Assembly (NCBI GenBank): GCA_002269645.1
Contig: NIVC01002077.1
Coordinates: forward strand, 124,001-188,000
Reading direction: 5' to 3'
Length of the DNA stretch: 64,000 bases
Origin: Macrostomum lignano
Lineage: Eukaryota
The notes beneath the pieces are model-generated. The model saw only the letters and a list, made by a program, of their open reading frames with translations. It was not told where the DNA came from and ran no database searches. Below are positions 35,401-48,340 of this stretch, in pieces (within the stretch, counting starts at the first letter, position 1; the number at the start of each line of letters is the position of its first letter). The position numbers and the translations under genes were made by a program.

Positions 35401-38400
35401 TGTCCCCTGCCCGAGGTTCGCGACAGCGCTCGCGAACAGTTCGCCATCATCGCCACCCGCTGCTCCCTGGAGACCCGGCCTCTGCTATTCTTTACCACTT
35501 TGCTGTTCACTCAGCTTAATAACTTGGTGAAACAGCACGAGCGGCAGAGTCTGGAATATTTTCTACTATTGGAAACGCTGCTATCGAATTATCACGAGCG
35601 CGGCTGTCAACTGGGCAACGCGGAGAAACTTCTGACCAATGAGATTGCCTGGCTTAAAGCTGTTAAAGAGGCCCAGGCACCGTGCGATGAAAATCTGCTG
35701 CAGGTGAGAATTCAATGAGGTAGTCAGGTGGTTAATGAGGTAGTCAGGTGTTCAGTAAGGTAGTCAGGTGTTCAGTAAGGTAGTCAGGTGTTCAGTAAGG
35801 TAGTCAGGTGTTCAGTAAGGTAGTCAGGTGTTCAGTAAGGTAGTCAGGTGTTCAGTAAGGTAGTCAGGTGTTCAGTAAGGTAGTCAGGTGTTCATATTAC
35901 AGTGCCAGTTAGCCGTTTAGCAACGAGAGCATATGAGGTGGCTCAGGTTAAAGACACATTCAAGACAGTACTAGTGGTATGCAGCTACAGTATCCAGCCG
36001 CCCCGCTGTCACCAGGGCCACCTTCGAGTCTGCAAGGAGCTGGTCCGGTTCGCGCGATCTCGCCGACGCTACCTGGGCAGCGAGCCGGGCGGACCCCAGC
36101 TGATCGTGGACCTAATCGAGGACTTCCTGTTCCCAGCCTCCAAGTTCATCCTGGACCAGTCTCTGGAACAGTCAACTGTGCCGCTGTGCCAGTCTCAGGC
36201 TGCATGCCAGGGTGCATTCGACCTGATCGTGGCTCTCTGCACCGACTGTCTGGAGAATCTGCAGTGCCTGACTGACCGGCTAGTGCGCATGTACTATTCT
36301 GACTCTGCCGCCATGCCGCCTTGCGAATGGGAATACCTGCCCCCGGTGAATGCCCGGCCGCCCGAGGGCTTCGTCGGTTTGAAGAATGCCGGCGCCACCT
36401 GCTACATGAACTCGGTCATCCAGCAGCTGTACATGATTCATCCCATACGGAATGCCATCCTGTCTGTGGATACCGGATGCGACTACCTCTTCTTGGAAGA
36501 GGACGAACAGCAACAGCAGCATCCGCCGTTGTTGTTTCAACAGCAACAGCAGCAGCAGCAACAGAAGCCGCAGCAGGCGGACTACAATGTCACTCTGCTG
36601 CAGCACATACAGGCGCTGTTTGGCCAGCTGGCCTGCTCCAAGCTGCAGTTCTACACGCCTCGGAGCTTCTGGAGCCACTTCCGGCTGTGGGGCGAACCGG
36701 TGAACCTGCGCGAGCAGCACGACGCTTTGGAGTTCTTCAACTGTCTGGTGGACAGCCTTGATGAGGCTATGAAGACGCTCGGACAGCCAAAAATTATTGA
36801 GAAGGTGAGCATGGGGTAGACAGACTCACTGCCAGGTAGACAGACTCACTTCCAGGTAGATAGACTCACTGCCAGGTAGACAGACTCACTGCCAGGTAGA
36901 CAGACTCACTGCCAGGTAGACAGACTCACTGCCAGGTAGACAGTCACTGCCAGGTAGACAGACTCACTTCCAGGTAGACAGACTCACCGTCAGGTAGACA
37001 GACTCACTGCCAGGTAGACAGACTCACTGTCAGGTAGACAGACTCACTGCCAGGTAGACAGACTCACTACCAGGTAGACAGACTCACTGTCAGTAGACAG
37101 ACTCACTGCCAGGTAGACAGACTCACTGTCAGTAGACAGACTCACTGTCAGGTAGACAGACTCACTGCCAGGTAGACAGACTCACTACCAGGTAGACAGA
37201 CTCACTGTCAGTAGACAGACTCACTGCCAGGTAGACAGTCACTGCCCAGGCACCACAGAAGGTCTGCTCACTTACAACCAACACCGCCCATTGTCAGGTT
37301 CTCGGTGGCACCTTCGCGGACCAGAAAATCTGCAAGGACTGTCCGCACCGCTACTCGCGCGAGGAACCGTTCACAACTCTCAACATCGACATTCGCAATC
37401 ACACCAACCTGTTCGAATCGCTTGAGCAATACGTGAAAGGCGACCTACTCGAGGGTGACAATGCCTACCTGTGCGAAAAGTGCAACAAGAAGGTTGACAC
37501 GGTGAAGCGGCTCTGCATCAAGAAGCTGCCCTCTATTCTGGCCATCCAGCTGAAGCGATTCGACTACGACTGGGAGAAGGACGTTGCCGTGAAGTTCAAC
37601 GACCATTTCGAGTTTCCCCGCCAGGTGGACATGGAGCCGTACACTGTGCGCGGCCTCGCCAAAATTGAAGGCGAAACCATCGAAGACGACGCCGACGATG
37701 CCTCGTCGAGCTCCGCCGAGGCGTCAACCGCCAATGCTGGCGAAGGCGGCGCCAATGTTGAAGCCTCAACGAAGTACCGCCTGGTTGGCGTGGTGGTGCA
37801 CAGCGGCCAGGCCACCGGCGGCCACTATTACGCCTACATCCTGCACCGCGGCCGCGACGGCGCCGAGAAGTGGTACAAATTCGACGATAATGACGTGTCC
37901 GAATACAAGCTCGAAGACGACGAGGAACTGAAGTCGCAGTGCTTCGGCGGACTGTACGTTGGCGAGGTGTACGATCACATGATCCGCAAGATGCAGATGC
38001 GCAAGCAGAACCGCTGGTGGAATGCCTACATTCTGTTCTACGAGAGGCTGGACTTTGCCACCTCCGAAGCGGTGGTCACCCTCACCAAATCCTTCAGCGA
38101 CCTCAGCCTCACCGAGCCGTCAACCACCCGCCTGCCCAGCTCCATCGATCGGATGGTCCGCCGACAGAACCTCATGTTCATGCACAATAAGGCCCAGTTC
38201 TCTCAGGAGTACTTCAGCTTCATCAAGACCCTCATCAGGGAGAATGCGCCCCGCCCTGCCGACCAGCAGCAGCAGATGGACGGCCACCTGGCCGAGGAGA
38301 TGTCAATCTGCTGTCTGAACCTCGCCGTCCGCTTCCTGTTCTCGGTCGGCCTCCGGGCCAAGAAGATTTTGCGCGGCCAGCCCAGCGACTGGCTCGAGAT

Positions 38401-38751
38401 CATCGCTGCTCACCTGCGCGTCTCAGCCAAGGTGCGCAACTACTTCGCTAAGGAGGCGTTCTTTGATCATCCCAATCGGATTAGCGAATACCTGCTCGAA
38501 TGCCCGGCCTCGGATGTTCGAGGCTTCTTTGCCCGCCTCATAGTTTGCACCGCCCACCTGAGCGCGGAGGATGGGCCCTGCCCAGACTGGGCGGTCCGCA
38601 ACCTGTACCAGGACCCGACTCCGCGCCCCTGTGCCGAGCTGCTGCTCTGGACGGTGCTGCAACTGCTCAGGCGGGAGGTCAGCGAGCACGGCCGCCATTT
38701 GCCGCAGTATTTCTACCTGTTCCACTGCTACTTGCGCGGCGGTGAGTCAAT

Positions 38752-38796
<45 letters not shown>

Positions 38797-41358
38797 GCCG
38801 GGCGTGTCCGAACGCCGCCTCCTGCTGAACCTGCGCGTGCCCTACTTCTTCCTGCTGCTCGTCACGGAGGAGGGCGGCATCTGCCCGCCGGTGAAGTATC
38901 AGTACGCCGAATTCGGCAAGCTGTTCTCCGTGGTGTCCATCCTCATCCGCTGCTACGACACTCTGCCGCAGTGCCAGACCATCGACCAGCGCCGGCCGGC
39001 CGAGCCCAACCCCTACCTGGACGAGCGCCTTGGCGGCCGGCCGCTCAGCGCCATGCCAGCAGACTTGGCCAACATGCTCTACAAGACGCCGCAGAACCGC
39101 ATCATCAAAAAGATGCTGGAGGACGGCAACGCATCTAATCCAGATGTTGTGTCGCTGATCCTGTTTCTGTCCTGGGAGAATTCCGTCTTCTCCCAGCTGG
39201 TCATCATTGAGATTATTTGGTTCATCAACTACACCTATTCCAATGAGCTGCGGCCTTTCCTAGATCTGCTGCTCGAATTCCTGCTCATTGAGGACAGCTG
39301 GCAGAAGCAGCGGATTCACAACGCCCTGCTGGGCCACCGCGACTCCGACGGCCTGTTCGACACCTTCAACACCTGCAAGGCGCACCAGCAGAAGCGAAGC
39401 TACCAGTGCTTCAAGCTGGTCACCCGCCTGCTCGAGCGCTGCCCAGCCGCCGAGGAGCTGCTCAGCAGCGATAACAACATGATGAAGCAGTACCGCCGGG
39501 CTGTGGACTGGCTCAACGATGAACTGGACAGGCGCCCGCCGTCTTATTACACCGCTACGGCTGCTGCCGCCGCCGCTGCCACCAGCAGCCCGACAGCCGC
39601 CGCCGCTGCAGCAGCCGCTGCCGCCGCAGTCTGTCAGGCCAGCAACGAGACCAGCTCAGGCTACTATATTGAGCGAACCAACTCGGCCAGGAGCACTCTG
39701 ACGCGGGCGGATAATTTCCTGCTGAAATTTGTGAGTTTTATTGTTGCCAACCGTATTAGTAGGGCCAGGGTCAGGCCATTTGTATCTTATATCTATCTGT
39801 CAATCTGTCGAGCAAGGTTCTCAATTTATCAATCAAAGTCTACCAATCAACACCAGTCAATCAATCAATCAAATCAATCAACACCAGTCAGTCAATCAAT
39901 CAAATCAATCAACACCAGTCAGTCAATCAATCAATCAAATCAATCAACACCAGTCAGTCAATCAATCAATCAGACCAATCAACACCAGTCAGTCAATCAA
40001 TCAATCAACACCAGTCAGTCAATCAATCAATCAACACCAGTCAGTCAATCAATCAATCAACACCAGTCAGTCAATCAATCAATCAACACCAGTCAATCAA
40101 TCAATCAATCAGATCAATCAACACCAGTCAGTCAATCAATCAAATCAATCAACACCAGTCAGTCAATCAATCAATCAGATCAATCAACACCAGTCAGTCA
40201 ATCAATCAAATCAATCAACACCAGTCAGTCAATCAATCAATCAGATCAATCAACACCAGTCAGTCAATCAATCAAATCAATCAACACCAGTCAGTCAGTC
40301 AATCAATCAATCAGATCAATCAACACCAGTCAGTCAATCAATCAGATCAATCAACACCAGTCAGTCAATCAATCAGACCAATCAACACCAGTCAGTCAAT
40401 CAATCAATCAGATCAATCAACACCAGTCAGTCAATCAATCAAATCAATCAACACCAGTCAGTCAATCAATCAGATCAATCAACACCAGTCAGTCAATCAA
40501 TCAATCAGATCAATCAACACCAGTCAGTCAATCAAATCAATCAACACCAGTCAGTCAATCAAATCAATCAACACCAGTCAGTCAATCAAATCAATCAACA
40601 CCAGTCAGTCAATCAAATCAATCAACACCAGTCAGTCAATCAAATCAATCAACACCAGTCAGTCAATCAGATCAATCAACACCAGTCAGTCAATCAATCA
40701 GATCAATCAATACCAGTCAATCAATCAATCAATCAAATCAATCAGCACCAGTCAATCAATCAATCAAATCAATCAGCACCAGTCAATCAATCAATCAATC
40801 AAATCAATCAACACCAGTCAGTCAATCAATCAGATCAATCAACACCAGTCAATCAATCAATCAATCAAATCAATCAACACCAGTCAGTCAATCAATCAGA
40901 TCAATCAACACCAGTCAATCAATCAATCAATCAAATCAATCAACACCAGTCAGTCAATCAATCAATCAGATCAATCAACACCAGTCAGTCAATCAATCAA
41001 CACCAGCCCATTAACCCAGTCAACTCAACCCATGCTTCAGAACCAAGACTCAGACGAGGCCACATCGCCCGAGGAGCCGCCGACTCCGCCGCCCCAGCAG
41101 CCGCAGCAGATGCAGCAGACTTCTACCCGGCACTACCGACCTCCAGCAGGCGTCAGTCAGCAGCAGGCGCCCGCGCCTCCACCGCCGCCTCCGCCTCCTC
41201 CAAGCGACGAAGCCTTCGACGTGGAGAGCGGCCGGGACTCGCCCTCGCCTCCGCCTGACTCCGAGCTGAAAAAGTCGGGCACAGCAAACACCGCCAATAC
41301 TACTGGTCCGGCCGATTCAACAGTAGTATCGTCAACAACCAGCACTTCAACCATGTGA
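25778..41358 (+). CDS. USP9X: USP9X/fat facets ubiquitin carboxyl-terminal hydrolase, 13 exons, about 2769 aa
   Basis: Exons 25778-25988, 26607-27400, 28083-28486, 29890-30397, 30554-30673, 30774-30918, 31772-31983, 32235-32813, 33626-35044, 35326-35703, 36016-36804, 37298-39730, 41041-41358. All GT-AG, phases consistent, 8310 nt. Motifs: [27 protein letters not shown], Cys box [18 protein letters not shown], His box [24 protein letters not shown]. Confidence 0.95.
26000..26490. repeat. (CTGT)n/(CTGC) microsatellite in USP9 intron 1
   Basis: Tetranucleotide tract, TCTG-type on the sense strand. Confidence 0.95.
27430..28020. repeat. ~19-bp pyrimidine-rich minisatellite in USP9 intron 2
   Basis: Unit ATCCTTCATCCCCTCCCCC. 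Confidence 0.93.
28510..29860. repeat. 23-bp minisatellite (~58 copies) in USP9 intron 3
   Basis: Unit ATCCTCATGATTTGTGTCTGCAG, with 21-bp variants. Confidence 0.97.
30995..31685. repeat. 36-bp minisatellite (~19 copies) in USP9 intron 6
   Basis: Unit ATGATGGGATTATGTATGATATGGGATGCCAGGTAA. Confidence 0.96.
32030..32170 (-). mobile_element. tRNA-derived SINE with a CORE-like central domain, antisense in USP9 intron 7
   Basis: Minus strand reads GGGGCTGTAGCCTAGTGGTCAGAGCG (A box)...GGTTCGATTC (B box)...GTGTCCTTGGGCAAGACACTTAACTCTGAACTGCTTCAGTTCACCCAGCTGT. This resembles the MIR/CORE consensus GTGACCTTGGGCAAGTCACTTAACCTCTCTGAGCCTCAGTTTCCTCATCTGT. Confidence 0.75.
32820..33605. repeat. Two adjacent minisatellites in USP9 intron 8: 43-bp (x4) then 30-bp (~20 copies)
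   Basis: GCTGGGCTGTTTGCATCTGAGCTCTGCTTGTAGAGTTGGTGAT, then TTGGTAATGACTGGTTGCAGAATCTGTCAG. Confidence 0.96.
35715..35892. repeat. 20-bp minisatellite in USP9 intron 10
   Basis: Unit GTAGTCAGGTGTTCAGTAAG, about 9 copies. Confidence 0.93.
36816..37247. repeat. 20-bp minisatellite in USP9 intron 11
   Basis: Unit GTAGACAGACTCACTGCCAG, about 22 copies. Confidence 0.95.
39825..41005. repeat. Compound (TCAA)n + ACACCAGTCAG repeat in USP9 intron 12
   Basis: About 1.2 kb; it produces the spurious QSINQS tail of ORF 37433-41014. Confidence 0.95.
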
Positions 41359-41407
41359 TTTCTTTCACCAGAGGATGCTTCTGACTGAAAAAAAGAATTC
41401 TTATTTC

Positions 41408-41413
41408 AATAAA
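41408..41413 (+). promoter_or_regulatory. Putative poly(A) signal of USP9
   Basis: AATAAA 50 bp after the stop codon. Confidence 0.6.
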
Positions 41414-43021
41414 CGCCGCCTTTGATGTCGCCGCCATTTCTCTATTTTGTCATTCTAATTATTTTATTGAGTAGCGAGATATAGCAGAGATGGAGTTTGG
41501 GGGGGTCAGTGGGTGCACAGTTTTTACTATTGAAATCCATTAGAATGATTGATTGACTGACCAGATCAGTTGGATGTCTGCCCGTCTTGGCTGCGCAGTG
41601 TTTCCTAAGTTATATTCACCAGTTTGTTCATAGCTATTGATATATATTTATGCATATATATGAATTCTATTTTTAAACCAGCTCTTCGCCCCCTGAACTC
41701 TGTCGCTCTGTTCCAAAACATGCCGTTTGTCTGAAAACATTTTTAATTGAATTTATTTTTCTCTCTATTCTGAGATTTCTATGATGATTTTGGTCTCTTA
41801 CAGTGTTGAGAAACACTTAACATATGCCGTGAAGATATGCTTATGCTCCTCATCTTGCACTATTCTTATCATCTAATTTGCTGAACTTGCTACTCACTTT
41901 CCTAGCGTTTTGTCAGTAGTAGTTAAAGCAAAAAACTATTTTTGTTGTTGCTGTTGTCAGATCTGGGCTTGGGAGAATTTGAGCACAATAACTGCGAGTT
42001 CCTGCCAGCACCCGGTTCGCTTTGCCTGTGGGGGGGCGGCTTTCTTTGCCATCCCACTGCAGCATCAAAACTGTTTCGCTGGGAAATATTTATCCCAAAA
42101 TCTTTGCCAGTTTTGCTTGTTGAGTTTATTTAACAAAATTCGAGATCAATATAAAATACTTAAAGCCTAAATTGCGCGCTTCTCCTTGTCCTGTACTTTC
42201 AATAACTTATTAACTAAAATCATAGTTCATAGCTAATTGCTTTGTTAATTACCCAGACCAGCTCGCATGCGCTTATATTCAGATTGGAGTCCCCGCTCCG
42301 TTGTGTCTCATTCTAATCGGCTTTTTCAATTATTAATTAATCAAATTTGATTCTATTCAAGTTGCTGATTCAGTAGAAATGGCAGGTTTGGCTCCCCGCA
42401 TCCCCACACATGTCTCGCTGTTGTCCCCAATTCTTTGCTTCGACTACAGATTCATAATCAGTTTTATTTATAAACCAATTCTGAGTTTCGATGAACATTT
42501 CTTTATTATTTATATACATAAATTAAATACGAATTTGCGTTCAAGCTACTTTCGCGAGTAGTTAGTTAGTGTTTATTGTATATTTACTGCCTAAACTATA
42601 AATATCCCCTTACAAGTCTGCTAAATTAACCAATGCGTATAAAATTCTGCACTGGAGACTTTCAGTTCACCCAACTGACCTGTTTGCTAATGTAGCTATT
42701 GATAGTTGTTAGCATCTTTTTCTTCAACTTCGCCGCGACTCCCTCGCACTCAAAAACTAAACCCCCCCCCCTGTCTCAGTCTGTCTTTTTTTCTGCTGTT
42801 GCTAACGATGCATCCGAGACAGACAGATCAGCTCCGCCTTAACAAGCCAGACCCCGTTTTCTCTTGCTTAACTGTTCGCGTCAACTCTTCTCTCTTTCTG
42901 CTATTAAAGTGATTGATTGTCATCGGTCGTCAGTTATGTGACACATTTTCACACAAAATATTTTATATGCAACTCTTTGTTAACGTGTTTCTTTTACTCT
43001 TTTTGTCTGAATGAGAGACAA

Positions 43022-43270
43022 GTCCCGTGATCCCAATCTCTAAGTCTGTGGGTCCCAGTACCATTAGTCCCGTGATCCCAATCTCCAAGTCTGTAGGTCC
43101 CAGTCCCATAGTCCCGTGATCCCAATCCCTAAGTCTGTAGGTCGCAGTCCCAGTCCCATTAGTCCCGTGATCCCAATCTCCCTAAATCTGTAGGTCCCAA
43201 TCTCATTAGTCCCGTGATCCCAATCTCCCTAAATCTGTAGGTCCCAATCCCATTAGTCCCGTGATCCCGA
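43022..43270. repeat. ~45-50-bp tandem repeat (AGTCCCGTGATCCCAATCTC core)
   Basis: About 5 copies. The core resembles the GAGATTGGGATCCC motif at about 415-428. Confidence 0.8.
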
Positions 43271-43964
43271 TCCAGTCGGGATCTCCACTGGGTGTCCAGT
43301 TTTTCCATGGCAACCAATCTGCAAGGCAGAAATTAATCAAGCAAGCCGCTGCAACAGGGGTATAAAAAAGTCGATTGCGCGGCACCCACGCAAAATCAAT
43401 TGGCTGTTTATGAAAAAATTGATTTCCATTGAGGCAGAACAGATTTCGGTAGTAGCAGACTCACTGCTCTGTATAAATATATTCACCCCAGGCCTCCTTA
43501 GCTATTCTGATGCCGCTCTCCAGAGTCTGCCAGTTCACTCCTGTGCTCAAAACTGCGCCCAGGTGGTTCCCCGTGAACTCAAGTGCCACTCGCGCCCTAC
43601 TCGAGGCGACATTGTTGAGTTGAGTATTGAGTAGTGAGAGCCTGGATTCCAATATGTATATATACGTGTGTGTGTGCTCAGCTCTCAAATTGTGTCTAGC
43701 AGGCATTGTGCCGCTGCCACCACCCCTCCCAGCTGCCTGCTGGCAAAACGAAAACCACACGGTGGGAAAATTAATTCTTTAGCAGAGACACCGGCGACTG
43801 ATGGAATAATTGGGACTGGCTTTTTTGTTCTACTATTTTACTGCTTCGATACGGCTTCTACGATACATATCGGCAGTTTCTAATGGAATTTTCTTCTAAC
43901 CATCTGCTCATCTCTTAGTCATATTTACAGTTATCTCCCCCCACTGTCTCACCCCTATTCCCAG

Positions 43965-44150
43965 TTCATCTCCCCCCACTGTCTCACCCCTATTCCCAGT
44001 TCATCTCCCCCCACTGTCTCACCCCTATTCCCAGTTCATCTCCCCCCACTGTCTCACCCCTATTCCCAGTTCATCTCCCCCCACTGTCTCACCCCTATTC
44101 CCAGTTCATCTCCCCCACTGTCTCACCCCTATTCCCAGTTCATCTCCCAC
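43965..44150. repeat. 35-bp minisatellite (~5 copies)
   Basis: Unit CTCCCCCCACTGTCTCACCCCTATTCCCAGTTCAT. Confidence 0.92.
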
Positions 44151-45024
44151 TCTCATCCTCTTCCCCAACCAACTGTGCGGGCGCAGTGAGCACACAAATC
44201 AATTTCATGGGCTTAAAGGCGGGTAGGCGAGAGAGAGGCCTGTTATAGTCTATGGCCGTAACCTGTCTGTTTCTATTGCTTCTCAAATAATGCAAATAGT
44301 TATGCATAACACTTTTGTATACATGAGATAGCTAAGGTAAAAATGCAGTTTTTGGTCCAACCAGAATTCATGCGGGAGGCATTGTGCAATGACAGTGAAT
44401 TTAATTGAAATGAGCTCGGCTTTTTTGTGCCCAATGCCGACTGCAGAGCTGTTCCCTCAGCTGTCTGTCTGTCAAGTGGGTATTGATAATTCTGGAAAAA
44501 AAGTTATATTGGTTTTTTCAATCCACCATATCGATACCTGGCTCTCTATTGTTCGTTTTAGACTTTATTATCGACTGGAAATATCTAATCGGGTAATGGT
44601 GGTAGCTCAGATCCTAATTAGTTCGTAGGGACCAGGGTAGCGTCAAAATTATCTGAAATATTTTATTGCATTTCCAGTTTTTTATGCAGGAGACCGTCCA
44701 ACCGCCAAATCCGTCAGATATTTCATAATTTACCCAAGGATGAATTAGTACTTGTAGAAGGATGTAACCTACTTAAGCCGTTCTGTTTTTGTAGTTGCCT
44801 AGTAATTATTGCATAATTACTGTTTATCTTGCGACCGCCGATATGTATCGAAAAGTAGCTTTAAAGAAAGCAGAAATTAACTAGCAGTTTTATATGCTTG
44901 TTTTGCCATTTATTTACAAATTGCTTTGCCATTTTCTACCCAATTCCAGCTGATGACGGCTTAGAAACCTGCATTTCCGTGTCTGTTATCAAACCCTGCC
45001 AATATTTTTAGAATCCCAAATCAA

Positions 45025-45094
45025 TTGCGGATTCGAACCCCAGAACTTCAACGCGACAGTCTGACGCATTATCCACTCGGCCACTGTAGCCCCG
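45025..45094 (-). mobile_element. tRNA-like SINE head or tRNA pseudogene fragment
   Basis: A box TGGCCGAGTGG and B box GGTTCGAATCC at tRNA-like spacing, but no acceptor-stem pairing. Confidence 0.55.
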
Positions 45095-45759
45095 CTTCAA
45101 TCACTGCGCTTGTACATGTATATCTTCTTTAATTTAAGAGGCATTAAATAAAGCACGAACGAAGCCTGCTGAGTCTGGGTCCTGTAGGCTAGAGAATCTC
45201 TCATTATTGAGCTGGCGGCTGGGTAACCCCCCCCCCTATCTGAGCACTCTTGAGCACGGAGCGCACAGGGCCGACTCAATCAGCTCAGCCGAACTTTGTT
45301 TGAGAGACAGGGGGAGATCCGGCAGCCCAATAACTCTTGATCTTCTCAACAGCCCCGTCGCTCCACTTGGCCTCCCCCCATTCCCGGCTCATATTCCCCA
45401 GCTCAGGCCTGCAGTATTACTCACTGCGCCACACAGGCCCTCAATTTTATATAATGCACCAGTGACCACCCGGCCTGTGGGCCCTGCAGAACCAACTCGA
45501 ATAGACGAGAATTGTGTCGAGGAGAATCTTCATGGGGCGAGAATCGTACATACATGCGCCTGAATCGAGTGCTCAAAATTGAGTATAAAGATGCGATCAA
45601 CTGCAAGGCTCTGCAAGGGAGACTCAATATTTGTCCGTGTCGTAGAAATATGAATAAATCGATTCCTGATGAGCTGATGCTGTGCATTATTGAGACTGGT
45701 TGCCAACGGGGATTTATAAATTTGCCTGCCTCTCCCAGCCTCCAGTCTTTATTTGTCCT

Positions 45760-47280
45760 TCTCTCCTATCTTTGTCCATCTCCCATTCTATCTTTGTCCA
45801 TCTCTCCCATTCTATCTTTGTCCATCTCCCGTTCTATCTTTGTCCATCTCTCCCATTCTATCTTTGTCCATCTCCCGTTCTATCTTTGTCCATCTCCCGT
45901 TCTATCTTTGTCCATCTCTCCCATTCTATCTTTGTCCATCTCCCGTTCTATCTTTGTCCATCTCCCGTTCTATCTTTGTCCATCTCTCCCATTCTATCTT
46001 TGTCCATCTCCCGTTCTATCTTTGCCCATCTCTCTCATTCTATCTTTGTCCATCTCCCGTTCTATCTTTGTCCATCTCCCGTTCTATCTTTGTCCATCTC
46101 TCCCATTCTATCTTTGTCCATCTCCCATTCTATCTTTGTCCATCTCTCCCATTCTATCTTTGTCCATCTCCCGTTCTATCTTTGTCCATCTCCCGTTCTA
46201 TCTTTGTCCATCTCCCGTTCTATCTTTGTCCATCTCTCCCATTCTATCTTTGTCCATCTCCCGTTCTATCTTTGTCCATCTCCCGTTCTATCTTTGTCCA
46301 TCTCTCCCATTCTATCTTTGTCCATCTCCCGTTCTATCTTTGTCCATCTCTCCCATTCTATCTTTGTCCATCTCCCGTTCTATCTTTGTCCATCTCTGCC
46401 GTTCTATCTTTGTGTCCATCTCTCCCATTCTATCTTTGTCCATCTCTCCCAGTCTATCTTCTTTGTGTCCATCTCTCCCGTTCTATCTTTGTCCATCTCC
46501 CGTTCTATCTTTGTCAATCTCCCGTTCTATCTTTGTCCATCTCCCGTTCTATCTTTGTCCATCTCTCTCATTCTATCTTTGTCTATCTCTCCCATTCTAT
46601 CTTTGTGTCCATCTCTCCCATTCTATCTTTGTCTATCTCTCCCATTCTATCTTTGTCCATCTCTCCCATTCTACCTTTGTCCATCTCCCGTTCTATCTTT
46701 GTCCATCTCTCCCAGTCTATCTTTGTCCATCTCTCCCATTCTATCTTTGTCCATTTCTCCCATTCTATCTTTGTCCATCTCTCCCGTTCTACCTTTGTCC
46801 ATCTCCCGTTCTATCTTTGTCCATCTCTCCCGTTCTATCTTTGTCCATCTCTCCCAGTCTATCTTTGTCCATCTCCCGTTCTATCTTTGTCCATCTCTCC
46901 CGTTCTATCTTTGTGTCCATCTCTCCCATTCTATCTTTGTCCATCTCTCCCAGTCTATCTTTGTCCATCTCCCGTTCTATCTTTGTCCATCTCCCGTTCT
47001 ATCTTTGTCTATCTCTCTCATTCTATCTTTGTCTATCTCTCCCATTCTATCTTTGTGTCCATCTCTCCCATTCTATCTTTGTCTATCTCTCCCATTCTAT
47101 CTTTGTCCATCTCCCGTTCTATCTTTGTCCATCTCTCTCATTCTATCTTTGTCTATCTCTCCCATTCTATCTTTGTCCATCTCTCCCATTCTATCTTTGT
47201 CTATCTCTCTCATTCTATCTTTGCCCACCTCTCCTATTCTATCTTTGTCCATCTCTCCCATTCTACGAGTATCTTTGTCC
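45760..47280. repeat. 22/24-bp pyrimidine-rich minisatellite (~65 copies)
   Basis: Unit TCTATCTTTGTCCATCTC(TC)CCGT. Confidence 0.96.
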
Positions 47281-47894
47281 ACCCCACACCGTGTATCCCC
47301 GCTTCTCCCTGCTCCCCTAAGTCTGACAGATCTCTTTTTAAATACCAGAATGAATATCAGGGCAACTCCACTGACAATGCCCTTGTACTGTTGGCTCCAG
47401 GCAGTTTCGGGGGCCGCTGAAGCAGCATTCTAGCATGATTGGATTAGCCAGTCATTGTGTTTCTTCTGCCTCCGCGCCATGGTGGGCATCTTGCATTCCC
47501 GGATGTGCGGGCATTATCAGCTATTTTGTGTTAAGACTCAATCAGCCCGACTTGTTCAACCTCTTGTTTCCATTGAAGCCTAATCAGAGCTTGATAACCT
47601 GTCAATCAACATCAATTAGATTAGTCCATTATCATTGTGTGCTAATTACTGATTACCATCAAATCTGGCTTTCAACTGCTGCTGACTCCTGCAGCAGGGG
47701 TTCCACAGAACTGGAGCCTGTCCTGCAGCTTCTGTCCTGATCGTCCTGAACCTTGGCTACTGTGCACCCCTCTCCATCCTCAATATCCAGCTCTCACTGT
47801 CTCTGTCTCCCTCTCACTCTCCCTGCTCCCGCTCACATACTCTGTCTCCTCTCGCCCTCTCTGTCTCCCTCCTATTCTCCCTGGCTCCCTCTCG

Positions 47895-48340
47895 CTCTCT
47901 CTGTCTCTCTCTCACTCTCTCTGTCTCCCTCTCACTCTCTCTGTCTCCCTCTCACTCTCTCTGTCTCCCTCTCACTCTCTCTGTCGCCCTCTCACTCTCT
48001 CTGTCGCCCTCTCACTCTCTCTGTCTCCCTCTCACTCTCTCTGTCTCCCTCTCACTCTCTCTGTCTCTCTCTCACTCTCTCTGTCTCTCTCTCACTCTCT
48101 CTGTCGCCCTCTCACTCTCTCTGTCGCCCTCTCACTCTCTCTGTCTCCCTCTCACTCTCTCTGTCTCCCTCTCACTCTCTCTGTCTACCTCTCACTCTCT
48201 CTGTCTCTCTCTCACTCTCTCTGTCTCCCTCTCACTCTCTCTGTCTCCCTCTCACTCTCTCTGTCTACCTCTCACTCTCTCTGTCTACCTCTCACTCTCT
48301 CTGTCTACCTCTCACTCTCTCTGTCTACCTCTCGCTCTCT
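47895..48340. repeat. 20-bp minisatellite
   Basis: Unit CTCTCTGTCTCCCTCTCACT. Confidence 0.95.

Noticed and set aside
39731-41014. QSINQS-rich C-terminus of ORF 37433-41014
   Set aside because: A GTGAGT donor at 39731 and an in-phase acceptor at 41040 remove it; the tail is the (TCAA)n array.
45025-45094. Functional tRNA gene (also 32100-32170)
   Set aside because: A and B boxes are present but there is no acceptor stem or complete cloverleaf; the 32 kb copy continues into a SINE body.
45421-45687. ORF containing IFLRHGQ, like a histidine phosphatase RHG motif
   Set aside because: No other family motifs follow, it lacks the GC3 bias of real exons, and it has no convincing splice sites.
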